DNA from: a virus
Virus record (IMG/VR): IMGVR_UViG_3300045988_092126
DNA length: 64,000 nucleotides
Strand: one strand, 5' to 3'
Below, in pieces: positions 15,801 to 24,214 of the stretch (position 1 is the first letter of the stretch; each line of letters starts with the position of its first letter). The position numbers were made by a program, and so were the translations under genes. The notes beneath the pieces are model-generated. The model was not told the DNA's origin and did not search any database. It was given only the letters and a program-made list of their open reading frames with translations.

Positions 15801-16610
15801 ATGATGAATGGTTCAAATTATAGTCTTAGCGACATTGCTGCCGCTACAGGCTCTAATAATCGCGCCAATGATATGTGGGGCGGTGATGGCTTTTCACTTA
15901 TCTGGCTCGTCCTGATCTTCGCAATCTTCGGCTGGGGAGGTTTTGGCGGCTGGGGCGGCGGCTTTGGCGGTAACGGTGGAAACGGTGCGAACGGTGCCGG
16001 TTTCCAAGGATGGGCTACCCGTTCAGATATTAATGAGGAATTCGCCCTTAATGATATTCAGAATGGTATCAGAGGTATTCAGCAGGGTATCTGCGACAGC
16101 ACGTATTCTCTTAACAATACCATGCAGAGTGGCTTTAATGGTATGAATGTCGGAATGCTTCAAGGCTTCAACGGCGTTCAGCAGGCAATCAATGCTGATA
16201 CTGTAGCCGGTATGCAGAATACCAACGCATTACAGTCTCAGTTAGCAAACTGTTGCTGTGAAACAAGAGAAGCTATACAGGGTATCAACTACAACCTTGC
16301 TACCAACACTTGTGCTCTCCAGAACACAATGAACAACAACACCAGAGATCTTCTGGAAAACCAGAACAGCAACACAAGAGCAATCCTTGACTTCCTGACT
16401 AACGATAAGATTGCAACATTACAGGCAGAAAATACTGATCTGAAACGTGCTGCGTCTCAGGATCGTCAGTCTGCACTGCTTACAACTGCTATGGCTTCAC
16501 AGACTCAGCAGTTAATCAATGCAATTAATCCGGCGGCTATTCCGGCATATGTTGTTCCGAATCCGAATACCTATTACGGTGGATGCGGATGTAACAGCGG
16601 ATGCTGCTAA
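15801..16610 (+). CDS. TM + Gly/Trp-rich + Asn/Gln-rich protein with a Cys-rich tail
   Basis: FSLIWLVLIFAIFGWGGFGGWGGGFGGNGGNGANGAG..., an internal CCCE motif and a C-terminal YYGGCGCNSGCC. The RBS GGAGAC can pair with an upstream GTCTCC (15763-68). Confidence 0.7.
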   Translation: MMNGSNYSLSDIAAATGSNNRANDMWGGDGFSLIWLVLIFAIFGWGGFGGWGGGFGGNGGNGANGAGFQGWATRSDINEEFALNDIQNGIRGIQQGICDSTYSLNNTMQSGFNGMNVGMLQGFNGVQQAINADTVAGMQNTNALQSQLANCCCETREAIQGINYNLATNTCALQNTMNNNTRDLLENQNSNTRAILDFLTNDKIATLQAENTDLKRAASQDRQSALLTTAMASQTQQLINAINPAAIPAYVVPNPNTYYGGCGCNSGCC

Positions 16611-16640
16611 GTAACTCACCCTTAGAGGTTGACTAATTCT

Positions 16641-16672
16641 AAGAGGTGGGTTGCGGCTCACCTCTTATTTTG
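16641..16672 (+). terminator. Intrinsic terminator
   Basis: AAGAGGTG-ggttgcggct-CACCTCTT followed by ATTTT. Confidence 0.7.
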
Positions 16673-16688
16673 ATTGAGAGGTAAAGAT

Positions 16689-17114
16689 ATGAGTTGTAAA
16701 AATGTTTGTAAGCTCTGCAACCATCTTGTAATCAGCCAAGCCGTTGCGTTTACAGGAGGCAATCTTGTAATCACACTTCCGGCAGGCAGTTACAACAATG
16801 GAGAGAAATATTGTATTGTTGTTGCGCAAAGCATACCGGAAGCCACTACAATTACTGCTCCGGTAATGATTCAGATAGGAACAGGAACAACTTTGTATCC
16901 GCTAGAGAATCGTTGCTGCGCACAGGTTACGGCTTGCGGAATAAGAACCAGAACAAAGTACGCAACCAGAGTAGCTACAAGTGCAACCGGCGGAGTATTC
17001 AAGATGTTAGGAAATCCGGCTTGTAGTCCAAGTAACAATTTAACAGCAATTGATGGTACAGCCCCAACGACAGACACACCTGTTACACAGGCTGCCAGAA
17101 AGGGGGCAATGTAA
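16689..17114 (+). CDS. Cys-containing hypothetical protein
   Basis: MSCKNVCKLCNHLVISQAV...RCCAQVTACG. Internal ATG of ORF 16674..17114 with a GAGAGG RBS. Confidence 0.6.
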   Translation: MSCKNVCKLCNHLVISQAVAFTGGNLVITLPAGSYNNGEKYCIVVAQSIPEATTITAPVMIQIGTGTTLYPLENRCCAQVTACGIRTRTKYATRVATSATGGVFKMLGNPACSPSNNLTAIDGTAPTTDTPVTQAARKGAM

Positions 17115-17740
17115 TGCATAAAGTTGCAATGGAAATGGGAAAATGGGCTATGGAAAAAGCCAAAGCACATGGATTTGACAATCTTAGTTCTCAGGACTGG
17201 GATGATCTGAAAGATTGCTTAGAAGCGGTAAAATGCGCAATCTGTGCAGATAAAGATTACAGAATCGTAGAAGCTATGGACGAATGTGAACAGGAAGAGA
17301 AGTATCTTGGACGCATGGGATATGACAACTATCGTTACGCAAACGGCAGATTTGCACCAAAAGGCAGAGGAAGCCGAATGGGATATATGCCGTATCTCCA
17401 TATGCAGGATGACGACTGGGTAAGTGAATATCCGAGCAATCCAGAGTTTGAACGTAATATGTACCGCATGGGCTATCATCCAGACCGTAGTGATATGAGA
17501 ATGGACGGTATGAACAATAGGCAATCCAGATATGGTGAAACCTACGACAGATACAGCGAGAATCGCAGACATTACCATGATTCCAAAGATGCTGAATCTA
17601 AGAGAAAAATGGACGATTCCATGAAAGAGTATACAGAAGATATCATCCGCAATATGAAAGAAATGTGGGATGATGCAGACGCATCAATCAGACAGCAGAT
17701 GAAAACTGACTTAACACGTTTCATACAGCAGATGAATTGA
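17114..17740 (+). CDS. Charged protein with R-M-G-Y repeats
   Basis: 208 aa with RMGY occurring 3 times and D/E/R/K/Y/M-rich composition. Confidence 0.6.
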   Translation: MHKVAMEMGKWAMEKAKAHGFDNLSSQDWDDLKDCLEAVKCAICADKDYRIVEAMDECEQEEKYLGRMGYDNYRYANGRFAPKGRGSRMGYMPYLHMQDDDWVSEYPSNPEFERNMYRMGYHPDRSDMRMDGMNNRQSRYGETYDRYSENRRHYHDSKDAESKRKMDDSMKEYTEDIIRNMKEMWDDADASIRQQMKTDLTRFIQQMN

Positions 17741-17756
17741 ATATGAAATGAATTTT

Positions 17757-17789
17757 GCCCTTGTTACAGGAATGTAGCAGGGGCTTTTT
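17757..17789 (+). terminator. Intrinsic terminator
   Basis: GCCCTTG...CAGGGGC followed by TTTTT. Confidence 0.6.
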
Positions 17790-17815
17790 AGTTGAGAAAA
17801 GGATGGTGATAAGCC

Positions 17816-18202
17816 ATGCTAAGACAATTTTACATGAACGGCGACCTATGGAGGGTGCAGTTTGTATCTCCGCATGACAGCGTGTTAATTGACCGTACAG
17901 GCAATAGAACACTTGGAGTATCGGATTATTCCACACATATTATTTCAATCGCAAATAACCTGTATGGAGAACTTCTGAACCGTGTATTTATTCATGAGCT
18001 AGGGCATTGCGTGATGTTCAGTTATGGTCTATTGCCAGAACTTCATCGTATGGTCAAGAAACGGTATTGGGTGGATGCAGAGGAATTTGTATGCAATATT
18101 CTGGCAGACTATGGACAGTTTGTTATTGGCACAGCCAGAGATATTTTAGGAAACCAGTTCACATATGTAGCTCCCATTGGGGCAGAAAGGATGATTGCAT
18201 AG
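17816..18202 (+). CDS. Small HExxH zinc metallopeptidase (ImmA/SprT/DUF955-like)
   Basis: The motif FIHELGHCVM in a 128 aa protein. Confidence 0.6.
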   Translation: MLRQFYMNGDLWRVQFVSPHDSVLIDRTGNRTLGVSDYSTHIISIANNLYGELLNRVFIHELGHCVMFSYGLLPELHRMVKKRYWVDAEEFVCNILADYGQFVIGTARDILGNQFTYVAPIGAERMIA

Positions 18203-18445
18203 ATGGCAAAAGCAGAAAACACAATTATTTTTGATGGCATTCAGTACAATCCCGGTGATGAATTGCCGGATTTAGGCAGTTGGGTATGTACAGATGCAAG
18301 AGGTATGGTTCGTGATTACGAGGGACTTTCAAAAGACGTGTCAAAGCTCCCGCATTATGTACAGAGTGGTTCTTCGGCGTTGTGCCTTGATACTTCTGAA
18401 TTATACGAATATCACAAACCTACTGATACATGGTACAAACTGTAA
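18203..18445 (+). CDS. Hypothetical protein
   Basis: 80 aa, immediately upstream of the tail fibre gene. Confidence 0.55.
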   Translation: MAKAENTIIFDGIQYNPGDELPDLGSWVCTDARGMVRDYEGLSKDVSKLPHYVQSGSSALCLDTSELYEYHKPTDTWYKL

Positions 18446-18458
18446 AGGAGAAGCGCAT

Positions 18459-20702
18459 ATGGCATTAACAGCAAAGAAAGTATATGCAATATTAAAACGC
18501 CAGATTTCCGATATGGAAGCAAAATTAAATAGCCCTGTAAGATACAGAGGTACAGTTGCGACTGCTGATTTGCTTCCATTAAATCCAGACATTGGCGATA
18601 TGTACAATATCGAGTCTAAATCTATTTACGGCGAAGCAGGAATGAATGTGGCATGGAACGGCGTAGTATGGGACACTATGGGCGCCCCGATTGATATGTC
18701 ACTTTACATTAAATCAAACGAATTAGCGGATTGGGTAAAACAGCAGAACAAGCCGACATATACAGCTGAAGAAGTTGGAGCGTTGCCGGCTGATACAAAG
18801 ATTCCAAGCAAAACCAGTGAATTGCAGAATGACTCTGGATTCTTGACTAAAATTCCAGACAATTATCTTTTCGAAACAGACAAAACACTGAACGTATCTG
18901 GAAAAGCTGCTGACGCAAAGGCTACCGGAGATAAAATCACAGAATTGTCAGCTGATATATCAAATAAATTGAATAAGAACCAAGGTTCGGAAAACTCTGG
19001 CAAGATTGCCGGAATTAACGAATCTGGCGATATCGTTCCGATGTTTCCAGTAAGCGTAGATTACAACGAAGAAACAAACTGCCTTGAGTTTGGGTCTGAT
19101 CAAAAAATGGAGCTTAATAAAGGTATCAACCTTGATAGCACTCTCACGAAGACTGGATATGCCGCTGATGCAGGCGCAGTTGGAGAAATAACTAATTCAC
19201 TAAAGGAAGATTTGTATGTTAAAACTTACAACATTTTTGATGTTAATTTTTTACCTCGAGCATTCATTCCTCTCACAGGCTCTCACGGCGGTGAACTGTT
19301 TCTTGATAATAATGATAATTATTCGGCAACAAATGAAACTATTAATGTTCTTCCGAATACTCAATACACCTTTTCAAATGGTAGTGAATCTATCCCTTAT
19401 GAGTTACAGTTAAGTGTTATTTTTTATGACAAAGATATGAGGTTCTTAGGTTATGCAAGTAACACCATTAATAATTTTTCAAAATTTTTTAAATTTACAA
19501 CTATTGAAAACACTAATCATCTAAGATTTCAACTTCGTTCCACAGGAAAAGGCTCGGATATTCCTAATATAAAAAAATGGCAGTTAAACGAGGGTAATCT
19601 ATTACCTTATTTGGATAATTATGTGTTAAATTGTTCAACGGATAATATTGGAAATGAATTAACCGATATAAACATTGATAATCCACAGGTCAGAGATTTT
19701 GTTGAAGATGTTGATTACACAAATCAAGAATACACAATAACACAAGTTGGTACATATTCTGCACCATCTGTTTATTATAGAAAAGATTGTGGTTTTCCAA
19801 TGGTTGTTAAATGGAAATTAAATAGAGATATAAAAAATCAAATATTATATATTTCTACAAACAAATTAATTCCTATTGCTGATACAGTTGCTGTGAAATC
19901 ATATGATATTCCTTGTGGAATAAGTGATTTTGCTGTATATAATTTAATCCCAAATGCAACATATTACTATAAAGTTTGTGGTACTGATTTTGACAACAAT
20001 TTAATTGTAATTAAAGAAGGGTGTTTTACCACTATTGGACAAGTGCATATGTTAAAAATTGACGGATTAAAAAATGTTCGTGATTTAGGTGGTTGGCTTA
20101 CGCCAAATGGTAAAATTAAATACGGATTATTATTTAGAGGTTGCGAACTTGATGATACCGGAGTCGGTGTGGAATTAACACATGAAGGTAAAAAAGAACT
20201 TTTTGATAGAATAAGAATAAAAACTGACATTGATTTAAGAACGGATGTTGGTAATACAAAATCGCCTATCGGTACTCTTGTTGATTATAATTGTTATCCT
20301 ATTCAACCATATGATACAGGTTTGAAAGACACTATAACAAAAGGATTAATAAAATCTATTTTTGAAAAAATTGAAGAAAAGTTATCAAAAAGTAATGCGA
20401 TATATTTCCATTGCCAAGGTGGTAGAGATAGAACTGGAACACTTGCTTTTTTGATTCTAGGTGTTTTAGGTGTGAGCGAATCCGATATAGCAAAAGATTA
20501 TGAACTTACAGAATTTGCGTATGCAAGTTATAAGGCTGATAATCCGAATACGTCTAGGAAGTTTGCTCAATATGTATCTATGGTAAGTTATATTAAAACT
20601 TTCAATGGGGCAACATTTAATGATAAGATTATTAGTTATCTTTTGAGCATCGGAATTAGTCAAGCCACTATTAACAATATTAAGTCGTATATGGTTGCTT
20701 AA
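18459..20702 (+). CDS. Tail fibre-like protein with a C-terminal protein-tyrosine-phosphatase-like domain
   Basis: Internal ATG with a GGAG RBS. The N-terminus (YRGTVATADLLP..GDMYNI..AWNGVVWDTMG) and the G-x-AADA-x-x-x-G repeats are typical of fibres. The C-terminus has NVRDLGGW...IDLR...HCQGGRDRTG, a CX5R signature at 20409-20438. Confidence 0.7.
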   Translation: MALTAKKVYAILKRQISDMEAKLNSPVRYRGTVATADLLPLNPDIGDMYNIESKSIYGEAGMNVAWNGVVWDTMGAPIDMSLYIKSNELADWVKQQNKPTYTAEEVGALPADTKIPSKTSELQNDSGFLTKIPDNYLFETDKTLNVSGKAADAKATGDKITELSADISNKLNKNQGSENSGKIAGINESGDIVPMFPVSVDYNEETNCLEFGSDQKMELNKGINLDSTLTKTGYAADAGAVGEITNSLKEDLYVKTYNIFDVNFLPRAFIPLTGSHGGELFLDNNDNYSATNETINVLPNTQYTFSNGSESIPYELQLSVIFYDKDMRFLGYASNTINNFSKFFKFTTIENTNHLRFQLRSTGKGSDIPNIKKWQLNEGNLLPYLDNYVLNCSTDNIGNELTDINIDNPQVRDFVEDVDYTNQEYTITQVGTYSAPSVYYRKDCGFPMVVKWKLNRDIKNQILYISTNKLIPIADTVAVKSYDIPCGISDFAVYNLIPNATYYYKVCGTDFDNNLIVIKEGCFTTIGQVHMLKIDGLKNVRDLGGWLTPNGKIKYGLLFRGCELDDTGVGVELTHEGKKELFDRIRIKTDIDLRTDVGNTKSPIGTLVDYNCYPIQPYDTGLKDTITKGLIKSIFEKIEEKLSKSNAIYFHCQGGRDRTGTLAFLILGVLGVSESDIAKDYELTEFAYASYKADNPNTSRKFAQYVSMVSYIKTFNGATFNDKIISYLLSIGISQATINNIKSYMVA

Positions 20703-20797
20703 CTAAAGAGGGCTTTAGTTAACTATTAAAACCACAGGCACAGCGCATTTAATCATTATAAACAGTTGACAATAAATAACAGATATGGAGGAATCAC

Positions 20798-22000
20798 ATG
20801 AAAACGCAGAAAACAAAAGGATTTTATGACCGTGAAAATGATACGGTACATATTTTTATTCCGCCTGCTCCGACAGAATCGGAGAGAGGTGGAATTACTG
20901 CAAAAGAAAAAACAACGGAATCCCTCGAAGTTACTATTGATTCAGCTACGGGGAAAGCATATGTAGCACTCGACAAAACACTTTCAAAGACAGGCGAGGC
21001 GGCGGATGCAGCAGTTGTAGGCGAAAAACTCACATCAATGGGTGTCGCAATTGAAAATGTAAAGGAAGATAAAGCCGATAAAACATCTCTTGCACAAACC
21101 GACAGAAAGCTTGATGCACTCTGGAAACTCAATCAGGGTATCAGCTATGAATTTCAGACAGATGAAGCAGAAGCATATCAGAAAACGGTTCCGAGTGGTG
21201 CAAAGATGGTAAGCATTAAAAGTATTGGCGGTAAGACGATTGTCTGGAATCAGTTAAATTTGAATAACGAAAATTCTGTTACGAAAAACGGTATTTCTTT
21301 TATAAACAATAAGGACGGTTCGTGGACAATAACTGGAACTTGTAGTACATCTAATGGCGGCAGTGCTGACGTACTAATATACGGATTTGCAGTTAAATAT
21401 GTATCAGGTCATAAATATTTAGTTAAAGCCGATAAATATTCTGATGGAAATTATGGTTTTGCAATTAACGGCAGGTCTTACCCACTAAAAAAAGCAATAA
21501 TTATTAATTACGCTTTTAATCCAGTAATATTTGTAAACGACAAGGCAACCGTGGATAACGTTACGATGCGAATGAATATTTTCGACCTCACCCAAATGTT
21601 CGGCGCAGGTAACGAACCATCCACCCCAGAGGAATTCGAAGCTATGTTTCCAGCAGACTATTATCCGTACAATGCAGGCGAGTTGATGAGCGCACCTGTG
21701 AATGAAGTTGTATATTTAGATACCAAAAATCAAGAAACATCATATCCAATCCCACAAGCCATTCTTGACCTAGAGGGTTATGGAGAGAGTGGGAATTTTG
21801 TTGATTTTGTGGAAAAGAAATACCACAAAGGGGACAGGACGATTGATATATCAGACATTATGGGAGATACATTCCAACAACCTCTTGAAGTTGAAGTAGG
21901 CGGTACACTGACGTTCAAAAACAGCAACGGTAATGATTACAGAATCCCTGTACCAAGCTCAGAGGAATATGTAATATCTTTAGCGGAGGTAGCAAAATGA
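20798..22000 (+). CDS. Tail fibre / receptor-binding protein
   Basis: 400 aa. It shares the LDKTLSKTGEAADAAVVGEKL motif with the preceding gene. Confidence 0.6.
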   Translation: MKTQKTKGFYDRENDTVHIFIPPAPTESERGGITAKEKTTESLEVTIDSATGKAYVALDKTLSKTGEAADAAVVGEKLTSMGVAIENVKEDKADKTSLAQTDRKLDALWKLNQGISYEFQTDEAEAYQKTVPSGAKMVSIKSIGGKTIVWNQLNLNNENSVTKNGISFINNKDGSWTITGTCSTSNGGSADVLIYGFAVKYVSGHKYLVKADKYSDGNYGFAINGRSYPLKKAIIINYAFNPVIFVNDKATVDNVTMRMNIFDLTQMFGAGNEPSTPEEFEAMFPADYYPYNAGELMSAPVNEVVYLDTKNQETSYPIPQAILDLEGYGESGNFVDFVEKKYHKGDRTIDISDIMGDTFQQPLEVEVGGTLTFKNSNGNDYRIPVPSSEEYVISLAEVAK

Positions 22001-22149
22001 CTGAAATGCAGAAGAAAATGATAGAGAAACTTGGTCTGGCTGAATCAGACTTTGAGAAAAAAGAAACGGTGGTAAGCAATGAAGAACGTATCAATGACCT
22101 TGAGATTGCTGTCTGCGAACTGCTTGAAACACTTGGGAATGCTGAATAA
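21997..22149 (+). CDS. Small protein (50 aa) distal to the tail fibres
   Basis: Read by eye, with an ATGA overlap. MTEMQKKMIEKLGLAESDFEKKE...INDLEIAVCELLETLGNAE. Confidence 0.45.
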   Translation: MTEMQKKMIEKLGLAESDFEKKETVVSNEERINDLEIAVCELLETLGNAE

Positions 22150-22165
22150 GAAAAGGAGAAATAAA

Positions 22166-22342
22166 ATGATGGCAAAAGTATATTTTAACAGATTGATCGT
22201 AGGAACTATTACATATGATGCAATTCCTGAGAAATATCAGGATAAAGTAAGAGAATATGGTATTGAGTATGTGAAAAAAGGAAAACTTCCTGTAGAAGAA
22301 TATGAAATGCTGTATAAAGAGGAATATCCAGAGGGTAAGTAA
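22166..22342 (+). CDS. XkdX-like small protein
   Basis: AAGGAGA RBS. ...YVKKGKLPVEEYEMLYKEEYPEG resembles the XkdX pattern VxxGxITxExYxxI. Confidence 0.45.
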   Translation: MMAKVYFNRLIVGTITYDAIPEKYQDKVREYGIEYVKKGKLPVEEYEMLYKEEYPEGK

Positions 22343-22437
22343 TTAACACCAGTTTAAAAAATTGAACAAACAGGAGAAAATCAAAATGGAATTTAATATC
22401 AAGACCAGGCTTGCTCATGCTTGGAGGGCGTTAATTA

Positions 22438-22466
22438 TTGACTATTGGACACCAATAATATATAAT
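22438..22466 (+). promoter_or_regulatory. Sigma-70-type promoter
   Basis: TTGACT, a 17 nt spacer, then TATAAT. Confidence 0.6.
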
Positions 22467-22483
22467 GATTATAAATTCATTAT

Positions 22484-22675
22484 ATGGAGGTGAGTTCGAT
22501 AAAAGTAGAAAGAAATATCATGATTAACAAAGCTGGTGGAAACGCAGGAAAAGAATCTGTCAACTATAAAATATCACTTCCGTCAGAAGCAGTTCGGATG
22601 ATAGGTGTTACCAAAGAAGACAGAAAAGTAATTCTCGAATATGATGAAGAGAAAATAACAATCAAAAAAGCATAA
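22484..22675 (+). CDS. AbrB/SpoVT-like small DNA-binding protein (start uncertain, 22484 or 22520)
   Basis: YKISLPSEAVRMIGVTKEDRKVILEYDEEKITIKK. Confidence 0.45.
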   Translation: MEVSSIKVERNIMINKAGGNAGKESVNYKISLPSEAVRMIGVTKEDRKVILEYDEEKITIKKA

Positions 22676-22681
22676 TAAAAA

Positions 22682-22773
22682 GGAGTTAGGTTCCCGACTA
22701 CCAATCAAAAAAAACCTAACTCCAACACCACAAAGGGTACAGTATTATTATAACATGGTACTCTCCCTTTGTG
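22682..22773. repeat. Two inverted repeats upstream of the recombinase gene (attP or operator candidates)
   Basis: GGAGTTAGGTT(22682-92)/AACCTAACTCC(22713-23) and CACAAAGGG(22729-37)/CCCTTTGTG(22765-73). Confidence 0.5.
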
Positions 22774-22796
22774 AACCCAAAAGGAGGGTATTTTTT

Positions 22797-23792
22797 ATGA
22801 GAGATAAATTCGTGAATGGGTTCATGACAAAACTGTATGGAGAAATTCCGGAAGAGTATCTGGAAACGATCAGAAACAAACTGGCGTTGTATGTAAATGA
22901 TTTTGATATCAGTCAAAGAGAAACAGCAGTTGTAAAGTATACTGGATATTTGCCGGATTTTTACAAAACTTACATTGTAAGTAGAAAAATCGAGGGTTTG
23001 AGTAAAAAGACGCTCGAACTCTACAATCTTTATCTGAATGATTTCTTTTTCACATTCAATAAAAAAGCTGAAGATATTACCTCAAATGACATTCGTGTAT
23101 ATCTGTATAATGCTCAGGAAAGCAGAAGTCTAAGTAATCGAACACTTGATAGCCGCAGAACTGCCATTCATGCATTTTTCGAATGGGCTGCAAACGAGGG
23201 ATATGTGGGCAAAAACCCATGCAGATCAATCAAAAATATCAAATATGAGCGTATAGAAAAACAACCTCTGACAGATATGGAACTGGAAAGAATCAGGCAA
23301 GCTTGCGAAACCGTACGTGAAAAAGCACTGGTTGAATTTCTGTATAGTACCGGAGCCAGGGTTACAGAAGTGTGTGGTGTAAAGAAAACAGATATAGACA
23401 TTTACAAAGGTGAAGTAGTTGTTTTGGGGAAAGGCAACAAGCATAGAACAACATACCTAAACGCTCGTTGTAAATTACTTTTAAAACAATACTTTGCAAT
23501 TAGAGATGATGAATCGGAATATCTTTTTGTAAGTGAAAGGAAACCACATAAGGTACTCAAAAAAGAAGCAATTGAAAGAATTGTACGAATAATCGGTGAA
23601 CGGGCAGAACTGGACAGACCTCTAACACCGCATCTATTTAGGCATACTCTTGCGACTCTTATGCTTCAAAGAGGTACGCCGATTACTGAGGTGCAGAAGA
23701 TTCTTGGACATGTCAACATTAACACGACAATGATCTATGCAAAGGTATCTGATGAAGATGTAAAAGTGTCTCATATGAAATATGCAATATAA
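22797..23792 (+). CDS. int: Tyrosine recombinase / integrase (XerC/D-like)
   Basis: Contains TGARVTEV, GKGNKHR, HLFRHTLAT and GHVNINTTMIYAKV, which supply the R..K..HxxR..H..Y catalytic set. Confidence 0.85.
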   Translation: MRDKFVNGFMTKLYGEIPEEYLETIRNKLALYVNDFDISQRETAVVKYTGYLPDFYKTYIVSRKIEGLSKKTLELYNLYLNDFFFTFNKKAEDITSNDIRVYLYNAQESRSLSNRTLDSRRTAIHAFFEWAANEGYVGKNPCRSIKNIKYERIEKQPLTDMELERIRQACETVREKALVEFLYSTGARVTEVCGVKKTDIDIYKGEVVVLGKGNKHRTTYLNARCKLLLKQYFAIRDDESEYLFVSERKPHKVLKKEAIERIVRIIGERAELDRPLTPHLFRHTLATLMLQRGTPITEVQKILGHVNINTTMIYAKVSDEDVKVSHMKYAI

Positions 23793-23815
23793 GATTTTTG
23801 AAGGGAGAAATCGCT

Positions 23816-24214
23816 ATGAGAGGATTGAAACGCCAAAAACAGGCAGTGTATTGGTCAAGGGTAACTGAAGACCTTGACGGGATAGACACAATCAAAACGT
23901 ACCAAAAGCCAGAATTACATCACCTCTCCGTATCTGCGACTGCCGGAACGCCAGAGGAATTATCCGCCGGGTACGTCCCTGATTACGATAGGTACATCAC
24001 GAATTTTGACCGTAGCTTCAAACCGCAAATTGCAGATGTGTTCTGGATAGACTGCAAACCGGAATTGAACGAATCTGGAGAACTTATCTTAGGCGAAGGC
24101 GGGGAGCCTACAGTTCCGCCAGATTACCGTCTGAAAAAGATTCTCGATACCCAGAAAGGCAATGTGGCACGATACGGTATTAAGTACACAGGAGATGGCT
24201 CAGATGGCGAATAA
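23816..24214 (+). CDS. Neck / head-tail joining candidate
   Basis: 132 aa with an AAGGGAG RBS. The call rests on position only. Confidence 0.4.
   Translation: MRGLKRQKQAVYWSRVTEDLDGIDTIKTYQKPELHHLSVSATAGTPEELSAGYVPDYDRYITNFDRSFKPQIADVFWIDCKPELNESGELILGEGGEPTVPPDYRLKKILDTQKGNVARYGIKYTGDGSDGE

Larger units (their letters stand above)
14102..23815 (+). mobile_element. Candidate inserted block (9.7 kb) ending in a tyrosine recombinase
   Basis: The block interrupts the canonical connector-to-neck gene order. The recombinase 3' end lies 23 nt from where the neck genes resume. There is only a 7 bp ATAAGAT direct repeat at both junctions (14101-07, 23789-95). Confidence 0.3.

Noticed and set aside
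18459-22000. Diversity-generating retroelement or invertible (shufflon/Gin-like) tail-fibre switching, suggested by repeated fibre motifs and the nearby recombinase.
   Set aside because: There is no reverse transcriptase and no long near-identical template/variable repeat pair. There are no inverted partial fibre ORFs on the minus strand and no matching inverted repeats flanking the fibre genes.
22385-22492. 35 aa ORF (MEFNIKTRLAHAW...) between the XkdX-like and AbrB-like genes.
   Set aside because: It contains the consensus TTGACT-N17-TATAAT promoter within its coding sequence and has no good RBS.
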